A stretch of DNA of 64,000 nucleotides from Rhodosorus marinus CCMP1338 (Eukaryota > Plantae > Rhodophyta), in NCBI GenBank assembly GCA_029953675.1, contig JAMWBK010000002.1, positions 3,100,001 through 3,164,000 on the forward strand, in the 5' to 3' direction. Under the pieces are notes generated by a model. The model did no database searches and was not told the origin of the DNA. It saw only the letters and a list, made by a program, of their open reading frames with translations. The number at the start of each line of letters is the position of its first letter. Within the stretch, counting starts at the first letter, position 1. A program made the translations under genes and the position numbers. This document shows positions 1-11,659 of this stretch, piece after piece.

Positions 1-1359
1 GAGTACGTTCAGTGCCTCGAAGTCACTCAACTTGTTATCATTTGCCTAAAATTCCGAACACATGCAAGCAAACGATAACAGGTCAACTGGTCAATTCAGA
101 ATCACAAACCCCGGCATTTTCCACGAACAGCTCGTTCAGAACTTTTGTCATTTCCTCACCCAGAAATCAACAAGCTTCGTCAACCTTTCCAAGCCCTGCA
201 GTTTCTCTATTCTGTTGCTTGAAATATCTAACGTCTTGAGCTCGACCTACAGTTCAAGAATATAGTCAAGCCCATCTCAGCTTTTCATGGAGATCAGAAT
301 TCCGGGCTATTCACGTGCATCCACTCACCAGCTCCTCAATACCCTCCATGCTCGTCAAGCCATTATGGCTCAAATACAACTCTTCCAGATTTCGTAAATG
401 GGACAGGTTTTCAATCTTCGTCAACCGATTGCTCGGCATGCTGAGCACTTTGAGCTTCAACAACTTGTCGAGACCCTGCGAGCGAGAGGCAAGGGTTGAC
501 TCAGATCGTCGATAGGCGAAGGAGGGAGATCGATGTTCAAGGGCATACCTGTAGCTGTGTAATCTTGTTCCTTCCAAGCCATAGACTCGTGAGGTTCGTG
601 AAGGTATCAAGGTTTTCTATGACCTGGTCGACGCGAGCAGAGTGAAATCATGACGATTCAACATTATTCCAGAAGCTGAAGCTCAGAAATGGAAGTCTGG
701 GAAGTTCTCACCTTGAGATGGTTGTCTCCTAGCTCGAGAAACTCGATTGTTGTGAGATGTTCGAGGCCTGTGATCTTGCCTATCTTGTTGTGTATCAGGT
801 AGATCTCCTTCAACGCCGGAAGTTTTGCCAACCGGAACTCATTCAAATCCTTAACCTTGTTGAAGGACAGGTCGAGCTTCTCCAGGTTGTCCTTGTTTTT
901 GAAAGATGTTTCTCTGATGTGCTTGATCTCGTTCATGAACAAGTCCAAGTCAACCAGCTCACCGAGATTCTCCAGGTTTTTCAACTCTTTTATAGCATTC
1001 TGACGAAGAATTAGCGTCTAAAGCGAGCCAAGAAACTGTTGAGATCCCTTAGTTGCAACAGGCCAGGCCAAAAATATCCCAAACAGCGTTCAAAGGCAAA
1101 GGCTTACTTTGAGCTTGGCACAGTGCGCCAGGTTTTCAATTTCCTTTACTTGGTTATTCGTCAAGTTCAGCTCCTAAGCGGTTAGTCAGAAAAGATCGCT
1201 CGGATTAGCCTGATGTTTGATTCATTGTCACTCGACCAATCCCTTTGCGCTCACCTCAGTATCATCGGGAATAGAGTACCCCTTCCCAATAGCTGAATTG
1301 GGCTCATATGACATATCTAGAACCTTGACAATGTTGGTCTCCGCGTTTTCCTCCTCCAT
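1..1359 (-). CDS. SDS22: Protein phosphatase 1 regulatory subunit SDS22/PPP1R7 (leucine-rich repeats); 3' end runs off the window
   Basis: Exons 1359-1255, 1173-1108, 1017-712, 623-549, 475-329, 246-160 and 45-<1 are all phase 0 with GT..AG introns. The spliced product is continuous SDS22-type LRRs (e.g. LEELYLSHNGLTSMEGIEEL, LTSLWLGRNKITQLQGLDKL, LEFLELGDN-like IEFLELGDNHLK). Confidence 0.92.
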
Positions 1360-2299
1360 ACCAGCTAGACACCTCTGAATGCAGAGAGCCGGAAGTTCCT
1401 TCAGCGAAAGCCCAAAGACAAAGTCAATACAACCTAGGAACCCCTGCTTCGAACCGGACAGTCTTTCACAAATTTACTCTGCGCCAGGCTTCGCATAAGA
1501 TTTGCGCTCAATCTACCTCTGTGAATCCTCCCAAAAGCCTAATAACGGAGAACGTCGCGGACAGCAGTTCCATCCGGGCGACATGCCGACACACTACCCC
1601 AAATAAAAAACCCCCCGCTGACCCATATCAGGACAAAACAAAGCGCATGCCTCAGTCAGAGTTTCCGCAAACCCAAAACAATCATCCAAATTCACCAGAA
1701 GTTCTTCCAAAGCGGAGCCATCTCGATCTTCACTCGTCATTCCATCGAGTCTTCAACGGACCTCCATCCTTCTCACCACAGGACCTGAATTTACTAAGAT
1801 GGATACTAAAAAGTACTACTATGGCAGTAACCTCGATTTTCGGGGTTAAAGAACATTTTTGGACATGTACTAACGATTACACTAAAACGTGTACTACTAT
1901 TCTACTAAGTAGAAATTTGTACTATTTGCTTTTGCTGATGAGTGCGAACGAATGTCTTTGGACAAGGCGTTCCTTTACATCTGGAGCTCATGAGTTTTGT
2001 TCACTAAAAACTATCCTATGAGTGCTACATAATAGGTGGTAAACCACTAACAGAAATGCTGCTTGCTGAGTGACTTCCCGACTTCCCGACGTCAGATCCG
2101 ATCGGGTAGGAACGACTTGGCTGGCAAACGACCTGCTGACCTCCGTCTGGAGGGCGCAGAGATCAGACCAGTTCTTTCAGAGGTGAGCTACCTCTATCCT
2201 GTAGGCTGAGGAAAGAGGGCAAGCGGAGATGACGGGAGTGCATGTCCGGTGTGACCCGACGAACAAGGATGTTGCAGCGAGATATTCTGCGCGATCGTG

Positions 2300-2720
2300 A
2301 TCGGCGCTTGAGATAAAATCAGAAAGTTTGATCCAGAAAGCTGTGTACCACATTCTGAATTTGTGTTCGGATCATTCCAACTTATCACTTGAGGAAAATT
2401 TTCTGCACACACCAAGCCATATCTTGCTTTTGAAATCCATGTCAAAGTGGAGGTCCCCGTGCCCCAACAAACAAGCACTACCTCGAGGCCATCTAACACT
2501 ACAATACTGACCAAATCAGAGCAGCGTACTTTCAGAACAAACCAGCCGCATCCTCCCCAAATGCATGAAGAAGAAGAACTGGGTGGAGAGATACAAAACG
2601 TCAATTTTGGAGGTAGCGTTCATAGAACAATAAGACCTCTCCTCTCCGCTATCTAACGTTACCACTGTGTACGAAACTGGTTGGAAACTATATGCAGTAA
2701 ACCCGTTGTATCCACCCCAG
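2300..2720 (+). mobile_element. Possible decayed pogo/Tc5-type (DDE_1) transposase fragment
   Basis: One frame, with in-frame stops, reads HILNLCSDHSNLSLEENFL..HILLL / LPRGHLTLQY*PNQSSVL / SNVTTVYETGWKLYAVNP. This loosely follows the DDE_1 motif order LLILDxHxSH..LPxxxxxxLQPxDxxxF..NIxxGFxxxGLxPxNP. No TIRs were identified. Confidence 0.3.
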
Positions 2721-2931
2721 CTCGCATGAATGTTGTATCAAACAGCTTCAGGCTACCGATGATGTGAAGGCGAGGGTCGCCGAAGGTACTCATGATTTGG
2801 GGGGAGATTGAATGAGAAGTCAAGATCAGGTCTTCAGAATGACGGCACAAAACTTAGTGAAGAGGAAACAAGCGAATCTATTCGACAAAACTAAGTGACT
2901 GCAGTAGATTATCTATAAGAGTAAGGAGCAT

Positions 2932-3802
2932 ATGATGACCTTTGTGAACGTTTCTGGGAGGGTTTTCAGTCATCGGTGTTCAACGGTAACAGATGACAGA
3001 CGGAGAACGAACGTGAGAGTGCGTCAGAGGTAAGGTAGCTCAAAATCTGGGCTTTCACGTGCAGTTTTTTAATTTTGGCACAACTGATAAAGCTAGCGGT
3101 TCGGGCTAGGAGGGACTTCGGCTTTCCAGAGGCGGGCGAGGGTGAGAAACAGCAGGTCGATGCCTTCCAGAAAGCGCGACAGGATAGTGGTCTTGAAAGG
3201 ACGATATATACGATTGTTCCATTGGATGATAATGGAGTACCCATGGTTCGGGTTTTGATAGTTGGCTCAGCCGAGGGGGATCTAGAGCTCGCAAAGTTGA
3301 TCAAGGACAACCCATCTGTGACTGGTCTTTACTACACATGCGACAGAGGAGAGGCAGTGTGTGATGTCGAGATGAGCAAAGTGGCCAACACCGTACCGGC
3401 CAAATCGTCCGATGAGGAGGCCTGGATTGGGTAGGAATTTAGCACCAGCTCTCCCAAATACACTGTGGGCGGTTCAAAAATCCTCCATGTTTGTACTTGA
3501 TGAGGAGAGGGCCCTCTAACTTTGTGTCCTTGCGTTTTGTGTAACACGGCTTCAGGTTCTGCATTTGGGCCAAAGTAAACATTGTTTTCTTGGGGGCTGG
3601 TAAGCAGGTCTCGAACAGGGACAAAATTGAAAAGAATCTGTCCGAACATGGTGTGACATTCTACGGCTCTGATGTCTCACAAGCCCTTGTCGACGATACA
3701 ATAAGCTTGGACTCCTGCTTGCAAGCACCGATCGAGCAGCTCGAGGAAGCCTTACCGGCCTTGAGACATGCGGCGGAGGAGCTCACTGCAAGAGGTGACT
3801 AG
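2932..3802 (+). CDS. Putative plastid-targeted ~221 aa protein with a divergent PurD/GARS N-terminal (pre-ATP-grasp)-like domain and no ATP-grasp domain
   Basis: Exons 2932-3029, 3110-3430 and 3556-3802 sum to 666 nt in frame. The N-terminus MMTFVNVSGRVFSHR is transit-peptide-like. RVLIVGSAEGDLELAKLIKDNPSV and DEEAWIGFCIWAKVNIVFLG..LSEHGVTFYGSD parallel PurD KVLVIGSGGREHALAWKL and DHEALVAFAKENNIDLVVVG..FEAAGIPVFGP. An alternative last exon via a GT at 3800 is possible. Confidence 0.7.
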
Positions 3803-4188
3803 TAGATCGTATGGAAACTTTTCTTTTCGATAATGCAAAACTGACATTAACCTAGCGATGAGCGCAATGGCGCACCATTCTCCAAGAATTTATGGCTTCC
3901 AGGAAGTTCAGCCGTAGAGGAGAATTCATAAGAGCAGTATACAACAAACTAGGTTTCGACAAATTAGTAAATATAGCACGATAAATAGTTCCCTAAGTAA
4001 GCTATTCACTTGTTCGGCGTCTGCAGTAGGCGCTGACGAAAGTACGTTGCGCGCCCCAAAACTGCAAGTCCGCATCGAGCTTGAAGGTCTGCACGTGTTT
4101 TCTTAGGGCGCAGTACGAAAAGGCGGGATCCCCACGTGCGAGGGATAGCGTTGCCACTCCACAGAATACGGCACGCTGTACATGGAAA

Positions 4189-5002
4189 CTAATTTTTTAG
4201 TGCTTCCGTGTTCTTGCTCTCGCGCACAACTTCGAGGTACAGCTCGTGCACTCTCGTATCATCAGTTAGCTCCGGGTGAAAAGTACAGGCGATCATGTTG
4301 TTCTCGCGAACGAGAACCGCTTTCTCTCCAAAACTCGCCAAGATTTGGACACCCTCTCCAACCGCGTCAATAGAAGGTGCTCTAATGTTGATTGCGTGGA
4401 GCTTCTCGCCCTTCCAGAATTCAGACAGGACGTCGGTTTCGAAGGAATCAACTTGCGACCCGTAAGCATTCCGAGTTACTGTTACATCCATTGTCCCAAG
4501 CCGGGGTAACGTGTCATACCCTGTCACATCTTTTGCCATCAGAATGCATCCTGCACAAGTACCAAAGCAGGCCAAACCTAGAGTTGGTGCAGTGCGAGCA
4601 CATGAGCATACGAAAAAGGGAAAAAATTCAAAGTAATCCGTGTGGTAAGGTCCTTACCGTCAGCTATCATTTTTTTTAGAGTCGGCAAGATGTCCCAATC
4701 CCGCAGCAGTTTTCCGATGGTTGTGCTTTCCCCTCCTGGAATAATCACACCATCAATCCCCACCAAGTGCTGAGGTGAGACAATCATTTGAATAGCGCAT
4801 AACAAGCTTAGCCTATGTACAACAACACTTCCGCCGTCCGGTCAAAACAAGTCTCTGCAAAAGCAACGCGTACCTCCACCGACCTGATCGGAACCGCGTG
4901 CGCACCAAGCCTGCCCAGCATTGCAGAGTGTTCGGCAAAGTCCCCCTGTAATTCAAGCACTCCGATTTTGAGATCCTCGTACATGTTCACGTTCCTGCCC
5001 AT
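4189..5002 (-). CDS. PDX2: Pyridoxal 5'-phosphate synthase glutaminase subunit (PDX2/SNO)
   Basis: Exons 5002-4874, 4769-4658 and 4577-4189 give 209 aa. Motifs: IGVLELQGDFAEH, PGGESTT, FGTCAG (catalytic Cys), RNAYGSQVDSFE, IRAP and FHPEL (His-Glu). Confidence 0.95.
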
Positions 5003-7063
5003 CTTTCTTGAAACTACAAGCAACCGACTCAGAAGCCAGCAAACTCCCAAAAAACCACGCCAACCGGAAGAAACAAGAAAAGGCCAAATGAACTTTTTCC
5101 GGTACTTGTCTCCAGTTCAGACCACTCAGCGCAGGGTATCAACAGCCAAACTCGCTCGATCCCGCGCTCTTAAACTTCTGTCTAGAGCTTTGACAGCTTG
5201 TCTACTGGCAGCAGCAGTGTGGACAGCCTCCATGAAAAACGGTGGGCCTTCCATTCCTCATTCCTCACACGGGAAACGAGCCTCAAATATTTTGATACAA
5301 TTTACAAGTTCATATCCTATTCGGCCATTTTCGCCACTCACTTTTAAGAATTAAATATATATTTGATAGGTCTGTGTTGGAATGGGTGAGTCAACCGGGT
5401 ATTTCAGTTTAGCGTAGTATGGTTGGCTTAAACGAGAATTTTGATTGTATACTTACAGTTTCGTTCTGCCAATAGAGGGCGTATTTGGATCTTTTGCTGA
5501 CTTGATTGGTGAGAGCTGATGTTTCCTGTTATTATGTATGAACGGGCCGAGGAACCGGTGATTTCTCTAGTTGAGCTGCGGGAAAGCTGACCGGTTCTCG
5601 TATGATGGGAACTCCTACATGATCACAACGATTTTTTCACGAATATCATGTTAAGAACGGCAAAGCCTTACCCGCTCCCGATAGGCGTTTGGAGCTGAGG
5701 AAGGGAGATCGTCAAGGGAACGAGCAAAGCTTTCACAGCAGACAGTAAATGATCGTGCCCCCGAAGCGGCCGACGAATCTCATCGTCGGCCAGCAGTTCC
5801 CCGTTTCACAGGCGACAGGGGAAATACAACATCCGCGCCTACAGAGAGCTGAAGCAGATTCTTTTACACGGCAACCTCTGGCCGGAATTTCATCGCTTAG
5901 TCCAACAGCGCGCCCCCCTTCCTGAGGATCCCAGCAACCTCCCCGGTGCAAGAGAGCCGCGGCGATTGACTCTTGATCTGACGCCAAGGGCTCCATCCAT
6001 TAAATTTCAATGTTTATTCGCTTTTTGGAAATATGTGGCCACCTTTTGCTCAATACCGTTCGATCTTCAAAGTCGATTACATACCCCTAATATTTTTTAG
6101 CGCAATGTTAGTCAAATCCTAGAACGTTTTACTATGATATATTTATTTTCCGAGGAAGCCGGCCATTGTTCAACCCCTCATTGTCCGCGTTTCTCGCTGC
6201 ACTCACTTCGAGTTTTTTAGTAATATTTGCTTACAGGCTTTCCGCGAGGGTCTAGAACTGGCCCAGAAACCAAGCAAACTCCCGAGAGTCCTACATCCGA
6301 AACGGATCTTTTGGACAGCTGTCCCATCTCCCGCGGGGAGAAAATTTCAGTTAAGAAATATTTTCATTTAGTAAAATTTCTTGTGGCCAAAGAAGCAATC
6401 TTGGAAGAACCCTTTATCGGATTTCTGGGGACGCTCCATACAATTTTCTTATCTTGCACCTGATTATATTTATGAAATTCTAGTTGAACCTGTTGTACAC
6501 GATAGGAAGGATGGCGATCCATATATCTCCGCTACTTGTCCTGCTTTTGGGGGGCTCAAATCAACCGTGGGGACCGGTGCAAAAAAAAGTTTCCGCCGAC
6601 CCCTCATGAAATGGTCAGAATCTCCGAAAATCTGAAAAATATATATTACTTTTTAACAACCAGTCACGTGAGAATCGCCCTATCCAGATTTCTAGAGGGG
6701 GGTTATTCGAGAATCTCGATCACACGGGTTTGTGGTCCAGACATATTGGATCGAATAGTAAAGGGGTACAACCTCCATATCAAGATTTTCCTGATCTTAT
6801 TTATTCGAAACTATTTTGAACCTCATTTCACTTCAGCACAATAATTTACCCCCCCACCTTCCTAGCTATAGAAAATATCGCTTTTTTAATGGAAATGAGT
6901 AAAAGGAGTGTCGCTTTTCGTGATAGGTTACCCCCGATCGCGCTTGATTGATGGTTTGCTTTTTTAAGGTCATTTTTGATGTTTTCTTCCCTGCCATAGA
7001 GGTTTTCTGTAGAAGCTCGTGGAGGAGGGCCTGGGGATTGTGGAGTAGGAAATTTCGGGGGGA

Positions 7064-7083
7064 TGTGTGTGTGTGTGTGTGTG
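7064..7083. repeat. (TG)10 microsatellite
   Basis: Read directly from the sequence, upstream of the translocator gene. Confidence 0.9.
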
Positions 7084-7315
7084 AAGGGGAGAGGGTTTTG
7101 GCTTGTAGATTGAGAAGTGGGTGCTGGCATTAAATAGTGTTCTGGAGGGAGGGAGGAAGGTGGGGATGTGCAGGTGAAGGGTGGTTCTTTTCTTTTTTTT
7201 GGTTTGTTCTGTTTGCGGGTTTAGGAGGGTGGGGGGTGGGGGTGGGGGTGGGGGGGATTTTGTAGGTTTTGATCTGGCATATAATTTGTCGGTGATAGTT
7301 TCAGAGTGTTGAGCG

Positions 7316-8467
7316 ATGGATCAGGTTGGTTTTGTCGGTGGATTGGGGCTTGCGCCTGCTGGTACGAAAGCTACTGCGAGGACTTGCAGGATGCAGAGGC
7401 CGTCGCGCGTGGCCCCTGCGCATAGGGCCCGTCGGTCTGCTCTGGTGAAGATGTCCGCAGCAAAGGACGCGGCGACAGGAGGGCCAGTGGAAATCAGCAG
7501 CACGGGCGAGGTTCAGAGTACTCAGCAGAGGCTCAGGGTTGGAGGATTCATTGGTCTGTGGTATGTTTTCAACATTGTGTACAACATCTCGAACAAGACA
7601 GTCTTGAACGTCTACCCCTACCCGTGGTTCGTGGCTTGGATTCAGCTTGTCATCGGAGCAGCGTACGCGATATTGGTTTGGGCTACAAGATTGCGAAAAA
7701 TGCCAAATATCAACACGGATCTGATCAAGTCGCTCATTCCAGTCGCGATCTTCCACAACGTCGGTCACGTCGCCACCGTGGTGTCGCTCGGCGCTGTAGC
7801 AGTTTCTTTCACTCATGTGGTCAAAGCTATGGAGCCGTTCGTAAACGTTGTTGCTTCCGCGATCATCCTCAAGTCTGTTTTCCCGATCCCGGTTTACCTG
7901 TCCCTCCTGCCGGTGGTTGGAGGAGTGATCATGGCATCCGTTACCGAGGTGTCCTTCACTTGGATGGGTTTCATGTCAGCAATGACCTCCAACTTTGCTT
8001 TTGTCGGACGTAACATCTATTCGAAGATGGGAATGGCGTCGACCAAGGACGAGAACTTGAACGGTGCGAACCTTTTCGCAGTCATGTCGTGCATCGCCGT
8101 TGTTCTCCTCGCACCTTTCCCGTTCATTATGGAAGGAACGAGTTTTATCACCGGATGGAAAGCCGTAACAAGTGGAGCAGGGGCGGCTATCACTTCTGCT
8201 AAGTTGGCGCAGACGATAGGGATCTCGGGACTTTTCTTCCATATGTACCAAGAGGTTGCGTTCCTCGCCCTTGACAGTGTACATCCGGTTACGCACTCAG
8301 TTGCCAACACAGTGAAGCGAGTTGTCATTATCGTCACTTCGATCATCGTATTCAAGAACCCTGTTACCCAGGCGAACGCGCTCGGATCTGCTATTGCGAT
8401 CGTTGGTGTTTTGCTGTATTCGTTGATCAAGAACTACTATGCCGAGAAGGAAGCTAAGAAGGCATAA
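7316..8467 (+). CDS. TPT: Plastid phosphate translocator (TPT/PPT/GPT family), intronless
   Basis: 383 aa ORF with transit peptide MDQVGFVGGLG. Family motifs: WYVFNIVYNISNK, AVSFTHVVKAMEPF, VHPVTHSVANTVKRVVII and multiple hydrophobic helices. The exact substrate subclass cannot be resolved by eye. Confidence 0.93.
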   Translation: MDQVGFVGGLGLAPAGTKATARTCRMQRPSRVAPAHRARRSALVKMSAAKDAATGGPVEISSTGEVQSTQQRLRVGGFIGLWYVFNIVYNISNKTVLNVYPYPWFVAWIQLVIGAAYAILVWATRLRKMPNINTDLIKSLIPVAIFHNVGHVATVVSLGAVAVSFTHVVKAMEPFVNVVASAIILKSVFPIPVYLSLLPVVGGVIMASVTEVSFTWMGFMSAMTSNFAFVGRNIYSKMGMASTKDENLNGANLFAVMSCIAVVLLAPFPFIMEGTSFITGWKAVTSGAGAAITSAKLAQTIGISGLFFHMYQEVAFLALDSVHPVTHSVANTVKRVVIIVTSIIVFKNPVTQANALGSAIAIVGVLLYSLIKNYYAEKEAKKA

Positions 8468-8943
8468 GCGGCTCCGAGATATCTGGGGGGGATGGAAGAC
8501 ATGGCTCGTCGCTCTGATCATTGGTTGATGCCAAAGAAAATATGAGGGGAGGGCTAACGCTCCCAGCTTTTACCATGCTAAACTGGAGAAGCCGGTCTAA
8601 CGTCATCGTGGCCGGAGTGGAGGACGAAACGTGCAGCTCGAGTTGAACGAATCAACTTTCTTTTCCCAACAGTGAATTTTATTTTTCGAGAAGCAAGTCG
8701 GACCCATTTCCAGGCCTAGCATCGCGAACGAGTAGCTCAGACCCATTCCCAGGCTTCATGCCGAGAACAAGAGAAAACAAATAAACTCCGTTTGGCTCTT
8801 CCGAAGGCGAAGACAGTATCCTTCCTAGCATCTTCCCTGCGCCGAGCGTGATGTCCAGTACGCGGACGCCTAGTTGTCCAACTCGAGAATAACTTATAAC
8901 TCATATACAGCGGTCATCAACAAGCTTTGACGGGGCCGAACGC

Positions 8944-11066
8944 TCATTTCGGATCCCCAGCTTGAGTTCCCGTAAGCGTGAATGTTCCAACTTCCACGAT
9001 CTTCACGGGCACGAGTTTGCCTCGTAGCTCCTCAATGTTGCCCTCAAAGTATGTTACTCTGTTTTTTCTTGTCCTTCCCATAACCTTTGCGGACGTGAAA
9101 TACGCACAAAGGAAACATTCAGCTATAGAATTCATTACAAGGCACGAGCGTATTCTTCCATCTACTGTGCAGAAATCAAGTACCTGCTTCTCATTCCGAG
9201 AGTTCCGTTCCGTGACCAGGACCTCTTCGACTCTTCCCAAATACCTCCGGTTTCGGCTTAGAGAGTCCGTTTCATTGCGACGATTGGCTCTACGTAGTCT
9301 GCTCTCTTTCTCGGAGTCTGAGACCTGATTCTCCATGATTGCACCTGCGGAAGGTTAATGGCGTTAGGGACCAGATTCTTCACTCACCAAAACAATGCGA
9401 GCAGCCCCTGCAGGGCTTACCAGGAGTATTTGGCCTCGGGGAGTAGGCAGCGGTATGGACATGATCGAACTGGATCTCCTCCATCAGATCCAAGGTGTTC
9501 TGGAACTGTTCCTCTGTCTCCCCTGGAAACCCTACAATGGTATCCGCTGTTATCGCCGCATCGGGGATTTCCTCCCGGATCTGCCTGATAACCTCCCTGT
9601 ACCTTTCGACAGTATAGCCTCTGTTCATCGCCTTGAGCACCTCCGTGTCACCGCTCTGGAACGGAACGTTAAACGACTCACACACTTTGCTAAGCTGGCT
9701 GCAAGTTTGTGCAAGATTTTTCGTAAAGTAGCGAGGGTGAGAAGTAGTGAACCTAATACGTTCAATACCATCAACGTCGTGGACTGCGCGCAACAATTCA
9801 GCAAAAGTCACCCTAGGTTTAAGATCCCTCCCGTAGGCATCTGTATTCTGGCCTAACAGCGTAACTTCTCGATACCCTTGCCTGGCTAGCTCTTCAATCT
9901 CAGCTCGAATCGCTTGGGGTGTCCTGCTTTGTTCAACACCTCTCGTATTAGGGACAACGCAATAAGTACACCTTTCGTTGCAACCATAGATAATATTAAC
10001 CCAAGCGGAGACGCCGTCAACTCGAATTGGTTTCGATAAGTCTTCTGTGATATGTGAAGCTTCGGTTGCCACGACCTGATTTCCCTGAGCGACGTCCTGA
10101 AGCAACTCTCCCAAGCGATTCGCGTACTGAGGTCCAATAATGAGGTCAACCTCGGGCACCCGCCGCGCAAGCCTGGATGCCTCCTGCTGAGCAACGCATC
10201 CAGCAACCACAACGGCAATGTTCGGGTAAGTCCACTTTCTCTGCGCGATTGGTCCGAGCTGTGAATAGAGCTTGTGCTCCGCATGCTCTCGTATGGAGCA
10301 TGTGTTGAACACGATTACGTCAGCTTCCTTCATAGTCCTCGCCACCTGCATTCCCATAGCTTCGAGTTCCCCTGCCATTCGCTCAGAGTCCGACTTATTC
10401 ATCTGGCATCCATGGGTTTCGATGAAATACGAAGTCCACTCCTGTTCTTCCCGCTTCACTCTGATTTTACCCAAATTTTGCCCAGTTCGACGGAATGTCC
10501 TCGTTGGTGTCCATGAAGTCAACTCTATCGCCCTTTTCACGTCTTCTACGTAGGCGGCGTGCCAACCAGAGGCTGATTGGGCTTTAAAAACTCCTGAACC
10601 AACCCAAAGCGATTGAGGTCAAAGCTAGTGGTCAGATGTGAACGTGGTTCAGCCCAAACATGAATCGTGTCCGAGCGGGCTAACCTGTGTGTGGATCTGT
10701 GGAGGACACAACATCTACAATCTCTGGAAAAGGAAACGTGCCTTTCGTGTGCCACCCCAGATCTCCACCATTGTGTCTGGAAGCTTCACAAACAGAAATA
10801 CTCTCGGAATACTGGCGTATTGACTCTACACCATTCTTTCGCCCTTCCTCAATCACAAAATCGCAAAGCTCCTCGCTTAAAACCAGCACGTGACGTATCC
10901 TAAACTTATCCTCAGTTTCAGCCAGACCCCTAACACCATCCAACCGACCAGGCAGACTCCCACTCACGTTAATCACCACACACACATTCCCCTTCCTAGC
11001 GGGATCAGCGTAAACGCTCCCTCTTACCCTCCTGAATCCAGCAGATGGCACAAACCCGGCTGCCAT
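8944..11066 (-). CDS. miaB: Plastid-targeted parvulin (PpiC-type PPIase) domain fused to tRNA-2-methylthio-N6-dimethylallyladenosine synthase MiaB, 618 aa
   Basis: Exons 11066-10685, 10593-9421, 9344-9184 and 9084-8944 sum to 1857 nt in frame. MiaB motifs: [34 protein letters not shown] (radical SAM CxxxCxxC) and a C-terminal TRAM domain. Parvulin motifs: [29 protein letters not shown]. The MiaB ORF has no ATG of its own upstream of the UPF0004 domain. Confidence 0.88.
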
Positions 11067-11659
11067 GGTGTCCTCTACAAAACACTACTCCAGAAACCCG
11101 CTTCTAAAAACAAAAAGGAGAAAGAAAAAAAAAACGGAGAAAAAAACTAAATCCAGCTGCTCCACTACATCAACACATCCCTCCTAGATCAGCTCTTACA
11201 GCCAAATACAAAACAAAAACAGAATCCTTTCTCCTAAACGAAAAGACAATGTTTCTGTTTGTCCTCCTAACTCCTCCACCCAAACCTTTCCGCAATTCAT
11301 CCTTCCTCTTCAACTCCAGGCGTTTTGCTTTTATACACATTCCATCGCCGATGTGTTTATCTGTCAACCTGAAAGTCATCCATCGAGATAGGTGGCGCCT
11401 CTCCCCGTTTCGAAATGACCAAAAGAAATCTGACCGTCGTATAATAGAAAAGTCACCTATCTCGACAGTTGACGCACACTCGAACCAATGGATAAACCTA
11501 GGTCGTATTCTTTAATCAGATATCATATCGATATATTTCTGTCCCTGTGAGTGCTAAAATTCAAGACTACGCATTCGTTAGTCTTTTTTTAAAAACAATT
11601 TGATCTTAATCTAGAATTTGGTTGTTGGAAGACGGGGCTGGAAAGGGTTTCGTCTGGTT

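Noticed and set aside
1899-1918. Hairpin whose reverse complement (AAATTTCTACTTAGTAGAAT) resembles a Cas12a direct repeat
   Set aside because: Single copy, no spacers, no cas genes, in a eukaryotic AT-rich intergenic region. A chance match.
4815-5354. 179 aa plus-strand ORF
   Set aside because: It is antisense to PDX2 exon 1 and its promoter, with no recognisable motif. Probably a shadow ORF.
5700-6050. Protein-like fragment KYNIRAYRELKQILLHGNLWPEF in the PDX2-TPT intergenic region
   Set aside because: No start codon, splice model or family resemblance that I can support.
10546-11066. Treating the parvulin ORF and MiaB as two separate genes
   Set aside because: The parvulin ORF lacks its final beta strand, and MiaB lacks an ATG and transit peptide. 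One canonical intron resolves both.
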